Source of the DNA: Hydrolagus colliei
Taxonomy: Eukaryota
Direction of reading: 5' to 3'
Assembly (NCBI GenBank): GCA_035084275.1
Contig: CM068756.1
Coordinates: forward strand, 1,116,001 to 1,180,000
DNA length: 64,000 nt
Below, in pieces: positions 1-11,819 of this stretch (the first letter of the stretch is position 1; each line of letters opens with the position of its first letter). The translations under genes were made by a program, and so were the position numbers. The notes under the pieces are model-generated. The model saw only the letters and a list, made by a program, of their open reading frames with translations, was not told the DNA's origin and searched no databases.

Positions 1-3000
1 TGTTGATTATGCACACAGCCAATGAGTTTCTTTCTGAGATTCTGCAGTGCTACATATTCTTAATACTGCAGAATCCTCTAGAATGAACATTGCAAAGAAG
101 CTGCCCCATGAGTTTTGTGAACAAAACAATCACAGTTTTCACTCACTTCAAACAAAGGGGGCCTTTTTGTAAAGTAGTTCTTATCAGGAAGTGTTTTGTA
201 TAGAATAACAGAAAACTCAGGAGAACACATATATGCAAAAAAAAAGCACATACTGGATGCTGTTTTAGAATACTCTGACATTTCACAATTCAACTATTTC
301 TTCTAGTTTTGTTTCCACCCACCCTGCCTAAATCATGCATGACTCCCAAACTAATGGGGGAAGAGGAAAACTGGAATCAAGCTCCTAGATTTGGATTATT
401 CTTCATCTGGTTTCACATGTGCATTTAAGCTACCAGGGTTCACTCTTAGTTAGATTTTCTCCTCAATGGAGTATCCAGGATTGCAAAAACTTAATGTAGT
501 TTCCAAGATCAGTACATTTGCCCACAAGTTTATTACATCAACAATGCATTTACTGTACTTGATAGCAAAATTTAAAAAAAGCACAACTACTGGAGAACTT
601 TCACATTTTCTACCAATAAAAGTGACATGCTTTCCAATTTTCAGGAGTGGATTTTTGAAACCACACATAGTACAGTGAGTGTGATAAACAGTATACTGGT
701 TAATACAATGTTTTACTTCCACTAATAAAGCAGATTGACTTACTTGCAACTTCTCACCCAAGTTATTCAATCAGTTTTCTCATAACAATTAAATATCACA
801 CTTCACAAGGATTCACCAAGTAATTTTTCAAATAAATTCCGATCAACAAGTTTGTCACAGCATTCGAGTTCCTTACACATTATAAAACAGTAGCATTAAA
901 TTACAAATTATCTCAGAAAAGATCTGACTACTGCATTATCCTTCAAGATGTTAGCCTATTTGATAGGAACTATATAATTGCAAGTTATTATTAGTATATG
1001 CATAAAAGTTTTTTTTTAATCTATATTTTACTTCTCTGCACTCATAAATGCAAGTATAAATAATTTGGGGGTGAGGGGAGGTTTTTTTTTGAGGGGGGGA
1101 GGCGGCGGGGAGTAAGAACTTCAAATGGACAATGCTTTCAAGCAAACAAGGAAAAGCCCACATGCTGTTCTAAATATCTAGTAAATGTACATATATGCAT
1201 GTATTCACTCTCCATGAAATGGATTCAGAGACATCAGGCTGTGAAAGAATATCGTCGTCTACTCATTTCACCATCTTTGAATTGCTATCTGTGGCGGACT
1301 GTACTTTTGTGCGTAATCGATTAATATGTTTGCCATTCTTCACTTAAGGACTAAAGCAAGAAAAATTCCATAATGTCAGGAAAATGTTTTCAGAGGAGAA
1401 ATTCCATGTTGAAAGCATTTTTTTAATGCAAAAGACAAATCTTTACATTTTTGTAGAAAAAGATTTTCAAATTTTACTTTGTCAATTTTTCGCATCCTTG
1501 AGCATAAGAACTGCATTTATTTTCTCTCTGTGTGATACCAGCATCTGGAAGGAGGGCGCTCGTGTATCATAATGCGGAGAATTTATCCATTTTAGTTTGA
1601 TGGAAATCAGCTTGGTTCGCCTTCAATAAAAATATTCCTCCTCCTTCCCCCCAACCCCCCCCCCCCACCAACTCAACTATGCTTTCACAAATCACAAGCC
1701 GATTCACCATGGAACTCATCTGTAGGCACTCACTTCACCACGGGTCACTGAGTTGCATTGCTCTGCAGCTATTAAAAGTATGTAGATGGCAGACCAGTAC
1801 TAAGGCTGCCAAACTCACTTCCAGTAATTAAGTGGAGGACAAGATACAGCAATGGGACTGGCGGCTCAGTGTTTCCATTGAAATCAATGGAAGATGGTTT
1901 TTTAAGAGCACAAGGGGTAGAGCTAGTTGGACAAGAGGAAGTGGTGTAAACATGCAGAGATTCTTTTTTTTGCCTGCAATAGAGGCAATGGGAATAATTT
2001 AAGCTTGTATCAGTCCCTTGTGAATGTAAAATGAAGCACTGTTCTAGACAAACCCTGACAGTATCATTGAAGCCAGAGTGCTGTAAAGATGAGCACATCC
2101 TTCCACTGCTACCTATGCATCTTATTGTTCTCTCAGCTACTGTTCACTTAACACCAGCAAACACTATGTTAGAAATTTTCTGCACAATACATCAATATCT
2201 ATATCTAACATAATATAGATATGTCAAACTACTCATGTAAATATATGAAATATAATTGTAGTATTTTTTCACAACAGTCTACATTATAAGAGATACTTAT
2301 TGTCACACCAATTTATTTTGAATACCGATTTTCATACCCCATATGTTTCTCATGATGGGTAGATTCACAGAGGTTTGTTAAAGTACATATGTTACTATAA
2401 CAATAAATCATCCTTGTACAATCATATTTCTGAATGTCGTACAGATGAAAACAATCAGCAGGTTTAACAGACTGATACCTTGCACTTTTGCAGAAACGTA
2501 TGAAACCCAGATACATCTTCAAAGGTTTTATGCATTCCAGTCCAGCTAAATCCTGCACTCTTATCATTTCAGCGATTAATCTAGTTTTAGAATTGGTGAC
2601 TTCAAGGTGGCGATATTTTTCCCCCTGATTATAAAACTCCCAAATTGCTGAAGCAACTAAGTGATCAAAAGGAACATAACTGCCTGTAAATCTGCAATGC
2701 TTCACAAAAGGTCAACTGAAAATGCGATGAAGTGAAAGAATTTAAAATGGCTTGTGTACACCCATGAATATAGCATTGTTCTTTTTAAATACATACATAT
2801 GTACATAAAGGAAATGTATATTATTCTGCAAGATAGGAAAGCTGACTTAAATAAATTAACACAAAATTCACAATGTTTATTTATTTCTCTTTTTTTCTCC
2901 CTTCACATCATTCTTTATTCTTTCTATACTGTTGATTTTAAAAAAATCTTCTGTTCCCTGTAAACTTTTACAGATGTTATTCAGAAGTGGTGAGCTGTCA

Positions 3001-4160
3001 CATTTAAAACTCACGTTTTAAGTAGCAATATTTCTCAAAAGCAGCCAATCATAATTTTATAGAAGACTTTCTTTTTAAAAATTTACAGAAATCTGTGGCC
3101 TAATCCCATGAGCCATCCTCATACACATCCTATGATCTTATTAGCATCATATCTGTTCTACCCTCCTGTGCAAAATGCATATATGTGCAGTTTCCAATGT
3201 TGACCCTTTGAGGACTGAATTCATATTTCAGCTTGCAGGGCACAAATACATTTACTTCAGTGCAATTCCTTAGAATTATTTAGTGAGGCAAGGAGATACA
3301 CTAAAAAAGGATTAATGTGTGGTTCACAGTATGGGTGTAAAATATATTACAAGCCTAGATCATGGCTGAGTGTGGATGATATACAGCATCAACCACATGT
3401 GAGAGCTCTGCATTACTTATAGAGCTCCATTATCTGGTGTTCCAAGTATATTATTTTCTAATGCATAAGGCAAAGGTGTGAATCGGACATAAAAATCTAT
3501 TCACTCCAAAATCCCTTACATCTAACATTTGTTGCAAGGAAAGCTAAGCATATTTGATCCACAACAATATATACTATTGACCTAAGTTAGGGACAAAGGA
3601 TAAATACCTATATTTGAGTCCAAAAGGAAAGGGAAACAGTTAAGATCATCTTTCATTTTAGACAATAAACATGAAAAGTTGGGTTGTTAATAGCATTAAC
3701 ACTTTTTATATTAGAAAATTAATACAAATTATCAAATTATATGGAATAAAAATTGTTAAACTGACAATGTGCTTATTCATACTGCTAAGCTCCACTCCTT
3801 AAGGCACCTGACACTCAAATACACCTGGGCTATGTGTATGCTCCTTTAAACTTTCTCAATCCAGTTTGTCCGATAAACAATCAGATTTTAAATGGTAAAC
3901 ATTTTTCTTCCATTAAAAACATTGCAAACGGTTTCAGGTGTTAAGTATGTGTGTTTCATCAAATGAACAATTCACTCGTTCATTTCACAATGTCAGCAAA
4001 ATTAATGGCTTATTTTTGTGTGCACACCATTTTTTGTCCCCATAGGCCATTTTTCTAGTCATCCTGTGTATGTGTAGTTTGGGGAAAGGCCTTGAAAGCA
4101 GCACATCAATAGAATGAATGATGCATCTCAATATGTGTTCTTTCTGATTCCTATCGGTTT

Positions 4161-4690
4161 GGCTCAGTTGGTAGTGCACTTGCCTCTGGATTAGAAAGCT
4201 GTGGGTTCCAGACTTGAACTCAAATTGTAGTGCAGCCTGACATAATAATAATAATAATCTCTGCATTTGATATAGCGCTTTTCAAATCTTATCGACGTCT
4301 CAAAGCACTTCACAGAATATACTGTGAAGTGAATTGACTGTATATTTGTGGGCAAAACGCGGCAGCCAATTGCGCACAGCAGTGTCCCACAAACAGTCGT
4401 GGATTGAAAATGACCAATTTTTACTATTGTGTTTTTTTTTGACGTATTATTATTAGGCGTGTGGTGTAAGGAAACTTTTTTCCGCCCTGATCTGCCCGCT
4501 CTTGTAAGACAAGTGCTCTAACTACTGAGCTACACGAGCTACACTACTGTAGTAATAGTAATGTGGGAATGTTACATTGTCGAAGGTGCTGTTTTTCAGA
4601 AGACATATTAAAGCAAGGTACCCATCTACCAGTCGAGTAGATGTTAAAGATCCCATGACACTATTCAAAAGGAGGAAGTGGTTTCATCTA
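4161..4690 (+). mobile_element. Older DeuSINE-like element split by the 4243-4533 SINE
   Basis: Head GGCTCAGTTGGTAG...GGGTTC at 4161. The Deu-domain-like GATGTTAAAGATCCCATGACACTATTCAAA resumes after the insertion. Confidence 0.6.
4243..4533 (-). mobile_element. tRNA-derived SINE with Deu-like core and (TAT)n tail, nested in an older SINE
   Basis: Minus-strand head TGTAGCTCAGTAGTTAGAGCA (A-box), core TTTGTGGGACACTGCTGTGCGCAATTGGCTGCCGCG, L2-like tail ending ATTATTATT. Many sister copies in the window. Confidence 0.85.
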
Positions 4691-5674
4691 CTGACTTAGT
4701 TGACAAACCTCTAGATGGAATAGTTGCGCTCACAGTTTGAAATTCTAAATCATCGCAATGCTTGCTACTCTAATTCATTGTTTCCCACCATTTCAAGAGC
4801 TTCTTCAATTCTGTTTTCTCCACATAATCTGCAGCCTTTTAAAATCCATCACCTAACTACAGTACTTCTTGATACATCTGTTTTTCTACGGATCTTTTCA
4901 ATCTTGATGGTATGCCGCATTGTGGGTCATGACATTGCACCTTGATTCTCAATAATAAAAGCCAGAAAAAATGCAGTTAAAATTGATGTTGTGTATCAGT
5001 GTTTAGAAAGCAGGCGCAAATGCAAAATCAATCCAAAAATATATTCTGTGGTTATGTATACAGTATTTGGTTAGTTATTTACATTATTCAGCATTAAACA
5101 TATGCAGGCCACAATATGTACATTTTGAATTGCCACGAAAATTCAACATTCTAATACTGTAGGTCGCAAAGGAAAGTACAATTCATGTCAAATGTATAGT
5201 TGATAAAGATACATCAGGCCTACTTTTATCTATTTTACAAGTGTCATTACAATCACAACATCAACCCTACATAGAATGTGCTGCAATGTATTACACGTAT
5301 AGAGAATGCTGAGATTATACTGGCATCTGTGCAACCACATCCTTTTTAAAAGGTGATTATAATATAGCTCGCGTGGCTTAAAGGAAAATGGTGAGCCTCA
5401 GGAAAAATGGCTGATATTGGCCTGGGTACGCTAAGGGGCCAATAAGATTTTTTTTTTTTTGCAAAATTTCCATGTGATCTCTGCGTAGGTTAACACCTCA
5501 GTGGTCTGAGTAAGGAAAGAAAATCACATAAAACTGCACAGATGAAATTATGAAAATAAATTGCTGCTCAGAACTAATTATCGAAGGAGTTTATTTTCAA
5601 TACAAATATTTGATATAACATTAGTTAACTTCTGATCAATTAGGCAACTACCAATACTAACATTTATTTCAATC

Positions 5675-5960
5675 AACAGCAACAACTTGCACTTATATAG
5701 TACCTTTCACACCCTGCGTCTGTGTAAAGTCAGCATTTTATACACAGACCAACAAGCCAAGTGGAGTGACGACAAAGCGGTAGAAAGAAGGCATTATCAA
5801 AGAGATATGTTTTTAGAAGATCTTTGAAAACAGAAGAGAGAGAGAGTAAGGTGGTGGGATTTGGGAAAATAGTTCCAGAAAGCACAAACAAGGTGTCTGA
5901 AAGCTAAACCCACTGTTAGTTGGTGGACACGAAGCCTGAATTAGCGGAGGGGAGGAAATA
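5675..5960 (-). mobile_element. L2 LINE 3' fragment
   Basis: AACAGCAACAACTTGCACTTATATAG tail plus a decayed RT C-terminal region, similar to 25747-26036. Confidence 0.6.
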
Positions 5961-6081
5961 GGACCACAAAAGATCCTACAAGTGCTGTGCAATAATGTTA
6001 AAATAAGCTAAACATTTTAGTAATATTGATACAAAAATCTTGAAACTTAAACCTGTATTCTATCCACATGACTAATACTGT

Positions 6082-6145
6082 ACAACAACAACAAAATTAC
6101 ATTATAGAGTGCCTTTCATGTCGTGAGGACGTCCCAAGGCGCTGA
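6082..6145 (-). mobile_element. L2-type 3' tail
   Basis: (AAC)n-AAATTACATT...GGACGTCCCAAGGCGCTG, shared with other copies. Confidence 0.7.
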
Positions 6146-8069
6146 AGATTCAAGATGGAATATTTTGTATCCACCCATAGCTAACTGTTATTAACTATGA
6201 CAATTTTCTAAACCAATGATGCATCAAAATATAGCTTGTGTAAACCTTATAAAGACAAACACTACCAGTAATATTGCAGGAAATGTACTCTCAGTTTAGG
6301 CTTATGTTCTATTCAATTTGATACTGCAATCACTTCTGGACATTTAACAAATATAGCATATTACACAGATTGCCACAACACTAACTAAAATTGGATTTCA
6401 CTAAATATTTAATTGTTTTTTAATGTACAGGTATATTTGGTATACAAAACCAGAAGTTAGATATTCATTTGAAAGATTATTAGTTGACAGGCAAGTCAAT
6501 TGCTGCATTTTAGATGCCAATTTTGCGTGAATATTTATTTTGTAATCGACCAAGATTAAATAAGTGCATTGATCTTAACATTTCATTTTCAAAGTTATTT
6601 ATTTACATTGCTATTCCTGCACCCACAGTTTCTCAGCATTTCAATTTCGATTTACCAAATCTGAACATTATGTAATGAATAATTTTTACAGCATGATCAG
6701 GATACTTGGTACAATAAAGGCAACAAATCCCTAGACTACAATAAAGAGGAAAGCAATATTGAAGATATAATGATAAAAAATGAATGTACAGATCCTAACA
6801 CCATATTGCAAGTCAAGATGACATACAGCTGTTTTATGCCATTCAGTCAAGCTCCATTCTCATTTACCTCTCCATCTTTTAAAATGGCTTATCTGAATTT
6901 ATCTGCTCAAGACCATTCTGATTTGGCATCTTTGGTCTTCTCTAATATACCATGGACAATCATCCCTATTGAATTCAAAAGTACAATATACTCCAAATCT
7001 TACTCGATTGACAGAAATCTTTATTTAAACAGACAATATCATTTCTTTCCTTGGTATCTCCAAATTGTACTTTGAAGCCATCAAACATCATGTTCCAAAA
7101 GTTTTCAGAAATATCCCATTTTTCTCATTATAAATTATTCTATGTTATACTATTTACATGTGAAACAAGTTTTTTCCGAGATCAAGTCGGTGGAAAACAA
7201 AAGATAATATAAAATATGGAAAATATTGTATATTAACATTATTTACATTAAATGTATTTGCCTTTCCTATAGATTAAAAATGAAACAAATCACTTTATCA
7301 AATTGAATATTCACACCAATGTGAGAAATTTTATAAAATATATCTGTACTGAAAATACCTTCTGAAGTCGTTGAGAAATAGAAAAATAGGTTGCTAGTTA
7401 ATCATGGTAAAATTCCAATCTTGGTGAAAACAAAGTTAAAACATATTTGCACAAAATAGTTCAATAACTGAAAGTTACATTTAAATTTAGTTCCGATAGA
7501 ACACTCAAACCTTGTTGGTTCAAGAGTCACATCGGGACTTTGAGCTCACGGTTTGTACCAACACTCCATGTTTGTTCTGACACTACTATCGAAGCTGCCA
7601 ACTTTCAAATATGATTTAAACTGAGGCTCCATCGACCTCTTCAGGGGGATATTAAAAGATGTCACGGTACACGATTGACAAAGAGACGGGAGAAAATTGC
7701 TCATTCTCATTATGGTTGTTTGTGAGACATGTAGAACACAATTTTGATTTGTGCAATTGCATGAATTATTATTATTCTACCTTTTTTAGTTCATAAAATC
7801 TGGTCAATAAAAAATACTGCATCAGATTTAGCTCTTTTCACTTGGGAGGGCGTCTCAAAGGGTCTTGCTGGATTTACTGCCAAATGCAAAAACTGTACAG
7901 AAAGATTACATTTTCCGAATAGTGCTATGGGATCTTTAATGTCCATCTGAATAATCGGACAGTAGATTCAACAAAACTGTTTCATCCAATGGAGTAAAGT
8001 TTTTTGAATGCTTCTGAATAGGACACGACTGTTTTCCACTGATTGCCCAAGTGTGGGCTGATATATATA

Positions 8070-8205
8070 AGAACATAAGAATTAGGAGCAGGAGTAGGCC
8101 ATTCGGCCCTTCGAGCCTGCTCCGCCATTCAATAAGATCATGGCTGATCTTCTCACCTAACTTTAATTACCTGCCCTATCCCCATATCCCCTGATCCCTC
8201 TATTT
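8070..8205 (-). mobile_element. CR1 LINE 3' end
   Basis: AAGAACATAAGAATTAGGAGCAGGAGTAGGCCATTCGGCCC, a typical chondrichthyan CR1 3' terminus. Confidence 0.75.
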
Positions 8206-9039
8206 TTCAAATATATATTCATCTGTGCATGTACTGTGGATTCAGGAAGATATTTAAAATAGGAACAATGTTTTTTTTAAATAACTAATTAATTGGATAC
8301 GTGCCATATTTATGTTTCTAATTCCTAAAACACCATTAAAGAACTGATCAATACAAATGTCTCTGTATTACACTGTCTTGAAAGTAATGATTAACGAAAC
8401 TTTATGCTTTCATTTAAATGATTCCAGGAATAACTAGTTGATTTGTAAGTAGGTAAGATTTCACGTATCAATATAGCATACATTTATTTCAAGAAACAAA
8501 TTACATGCAACAATTTTCATCAATGTAATATTTCTTTAATTTCTCATTTACAAGATGTTGCATTAATATCGAACCATTATAACTAATAAATAAAATAAAC
8601 TTGCATTTGCGCATAATTAAATACCCTTACATTATATCTAGATTTTGGACTATTGTTTTGCTATTAAGTGAACATGTAGATGTTAGTCTTGAGATCAATT
8701 GTTCAGCAATCATTGCCCCATTTATATCACGTTTGTCAGCCTACCTCAATTGGCGGCCCTCTCAACTCTAAATCAGAAGGTTGTGGCTTTAAGACCTACA
8801 CTTGCACTTCAAACTCATAATCTAGAATGTCACCCAAATGCAGTGCTTGGGTGTGCTGCATTAATTGACGTGCAATTCTTTGGAAGAGACGTTAAACCAA
8901 ATCTTTTTGAATTGTGTCGTACATACTGATCACACTGTAGGAAACCAGATGGAAAAAAAAGGTCCTTGTTGTTTTTCAATCTGCATAAACCTCACATGCT
9001 AAATTTAGCAACTTTTTTGAGTTTCTCATAGATTTGAAA

Positions 9040-9395
9040 TGTTTTCAAAATCATGAGGGGATTGATAGGGTAAACAGGGAAAAACAGTTTTCACTGGTGG
9101 GTGTGTCAGTGACTTGAGATTTTCTCAAAGAAGCAGAGGGGAGGTGAGGAGAAATGTTTTCACGCAGTGAGTTGTTCAAATCTGGAATGCATTGCCTGAA
9201 AAGGTGGTGGTGGCTGATTCGATAACAACTTTTAAAAGAGAGGTGGGTGGTTATTTGGGGAAGACTGGGTTTGCATGGATATAGGGAGAGAGCCGGGGAG
9301 TGGGACTGACTTTGAACAGCTCTTTTCAAAGAGCCGACGCAGACTCGATGGGCCGAATGGCCTCCTTTTGTGCTGTAAAATTCTATGATTCTATG
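9040..9395 (+). mobile_element. CR1 LINE 3' fragment
   Basis: Ends GATGGGCCGAATGGCCTCC...TTCTATGATTCTATG (CR1 octamer-repeat tail). Decayed RT C-terminus upstream. Confidence 0.8.
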
Positions 9396-9605
9396 TATCA
9401 AAGACTATCACAAAAAAAGTGTCAATTACAATCCCAAATGCATTTTTCAGTATTTTACTTACTAAAGCACTTTTAGTGTTTGACCAATCTATGGATTTTT
9501 GATTAGATTGTTCGATTGGATCTACATAGAAATACCCAAGGTAATTGATTGATAAACTAAAGTTCATACAGTAAGAATATGCCATATTTTTGCCATGATG
9601 ATGGA

Positions 9606-9792
9606 NNNNNNNNNNNNNNNNNNNNNNNNNNNNNNNNNNNNNNNNNNNNNNNNNNNNNNNNNNNNNNNNNNNNNNNNNNNNNNNNNNNNNNNNNNNNNNN
9701 NNNNNNNNNNNNNNNNNNNNNNNNNNNNNNNNNNNNNNNNNNNNNNNNNNNNNNNNNNNNNNNNNNNNNNNNNNNNNNNNNNNNNNNNNNNN
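9606..9792. other. Assembly gap
   Basis: Run of N. Confidence 1.
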
Positions 9793-9992
9793 AATAGCAC
9801 CGCATTCGTATATGTTACACAATTTACATAAGATAATTGGAATCTGAAATCCTGAGATAAATGGTATAAGGTTCCAAATTAAGGATTTTGGAATCCTTGT
9901 GTATGTGACAAAAGAAAGCAAAGCTCATTTACTTCATGACGAATACTGTGACACCAATTGCTCCATATTACCATCACTGCACTCCTACCAAC

Positions 9993-10128
9993 CTCATATT
10001 GTGACTGTTTTTGAACCAAAGTAGCATCCGTAAGGTCCTTGTGTAATCTCTGGATCATCTGCTCTTTTAACACCAACTCAGACTTGATCTCTCCATATTC
10101 CATCAAAATCTCACAGGAGGAAGTGCTG
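9993..10128 (-). CDS. Internal coding exon (STSSCEILMEYGEIKSELVLKEQMIQRLHKDLTDATLVQKQSQYE)
   Basis: NAGNAG acceptor CTTTTTATCCAG|CAG and donor GAG|GTTGGT. Coiled-coil composition. The phase-2 start implies an unidentified exon between 19321 and 10128. Confidence 0.7.
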
Positions 10129-10723
10129 CTGGATAAAAAGTGCAAACATTATATGAAGAATAAGAGTGTGAGAAACAAAAATGTGCATGCCACAGTTTGT
10201 ACAATTACACTTTAAAACTATTTTTTCTTTCCAGGCTGACTGGCAACCTGTTCCATTCATTGATTACCCTGTCATCATGGTATATCTAAGAACATTACCA
10301 GGAAAACACATTAGTAGCAGAAAGAAAATTCAAAAGCTTTAATGATGATGCTTCTAGTTAGTCCTTACAAAAAGGTAGGGTATCTCTCCACACATAGTAA
10401 CATTAAAATCTATACTTTCAAGTGTAGTTTTTGATGCTTTTTAAAATGTTATTATTGAACTTAAACAAGGAAATGGATTTTCCTTACGGTCAGTTTTAAC
10501 TTTCAGCCAGTTTTACAGTTAAACTCACTTAAATTGCATCAGTTGCGACCTTAACATTTAATATGACTTATGGAAAGTATTAGTTATGGCAAACATGTAT
10601 AAGTCGTATCATATATGACTTATGTAAGCTACATATAAGTCGGATTTTATATGACTAATACATACACAACAACAAAATTACATTCGTATTGCACCTTTAC
10701 TGTACTGGCTGGTTAAGGCAAGT

Positions 10724-11208
10724 TTAACCCATGCATATTAATGCTGTGATAGCCCATTCTTTCTATAAGTACTGCATAGGCCTGTACCTCACATGCCGAA
10801 TACATGGACTGTACAATAAATGGCACAACCAACAGGTTCAAAATAGAACTATTTCAATAGAATATAAGGCATTAGGATTTAGTTGGGGGAATCACATTGC
10901 CTGCTATCGTGCTGACTGGCCAAAAGCTTGTTCACTGCTGTGTACTGTGCATGCGATCTTTCGGCATTGCAGTGGGTAAGTACGCATACGGTGATGGACC
11001 AGGACTTCACGTGATTGTTTCAAGTGGAGCATCTTGCGTGCAACTTCAACGCCAGTAACTGTGCAATCGACGACGTCAATGTTATTCCCCAGGGAGGGAT
11101 GGAGGGCGTGCATGTGCTGCGTTCTGGTTGAGGCAGGCATAGGAAGCTAAGTTTTGACCTGGTACCCGGGTAAGTACTATAATGCATTACAAGTTACGCA
11201 ATGGTTAA
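10724..11208. mobile_element. Possible decayed piggyBac-like non-autonomous element
   Basis: TTAA-CCCATGC at the left end and GCAATGG-TTAA at the right, with weak extended inverted similarity. The interior is GC-richer than the flanks. Confidence 0.4.
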
Positions 11209-11819
11209 TACGACTAGTGCATATAAGTGGGACTGGATTTAATAGGAAATGGAATGGGACTCGGGTGGGTGTATGACTTAGGCGATTATATCGTTTATAG
11301 GACTTTTGTCAATTTTAATGTGTTTCATTAGGAAAAGGATTTTGTACATATTTGTACAAAAAACAGCAAAGTTCCAAGATCTATTTTTCACATTTATTTT
11401 GCCCATAACATTTCTGTTTACTGTGGATTATATTTCTCCTAGATTTTATCATACAAATGGTGTTAAAACACAGGTAATTTATATGAAACTCAGATCATGT
11501 ATTCTTGTGCCTAGATTCTGTGGCATGCACAACATTCATGTGCACACATTTCAAAACAATGGAACAATATCGATAAAATATGCCAGCGATATTCCAGTGT
11601 GTAAATGATAGAATGAAGAAGTTAATCAAAGTTTAAAACAAATTTAGATTAGGTGGAACAGAATACTGATCTAATATTAGTTTTTGAAACATATTTGAAA
11701 TGTTCATTGTCTTAATAAAAATCTGCTTTATAAACATGCCACATTTTCGTTTTCAGAATTGCAATCCTCATTTTGTAATATTTTTAGACAGATGCAGGCA
11801 GATCTAAATTATGCAGTTC

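Noticed and set aside
740-790. Strong GTAAGT donor after NNLGEKLQ
   Set aside because: There is an in-frame stop just upstream and no suitable acceptor.
1873-1892. Palindrome TTCCATTGA-AA-TCAATGGAA (half-sites near 57703, 60178 and 62570)
   Set aside because: This motif is common in old vertebrate repeats, and no element boundaries could be defined.
2479-2624. Possible minus-strand exon GEKYRHLEVTNSKTRLIAEMIRVQDL...
   Set aside because: It has AG/GT ends and an open frame, but the acceptor tract is weak and the peptide does not resemble the coiled-coil exons. Unresolved.
4495-4533. tRNA-like A/B-box sequences (also at 17.2, 45.6 and 48.6 kb)
   Set aside because: These are SINE heads with no complete cloverleaf.
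9391-9921. ORFs spanning the N run
   Set aside because: Artefacts of the assembly gap.
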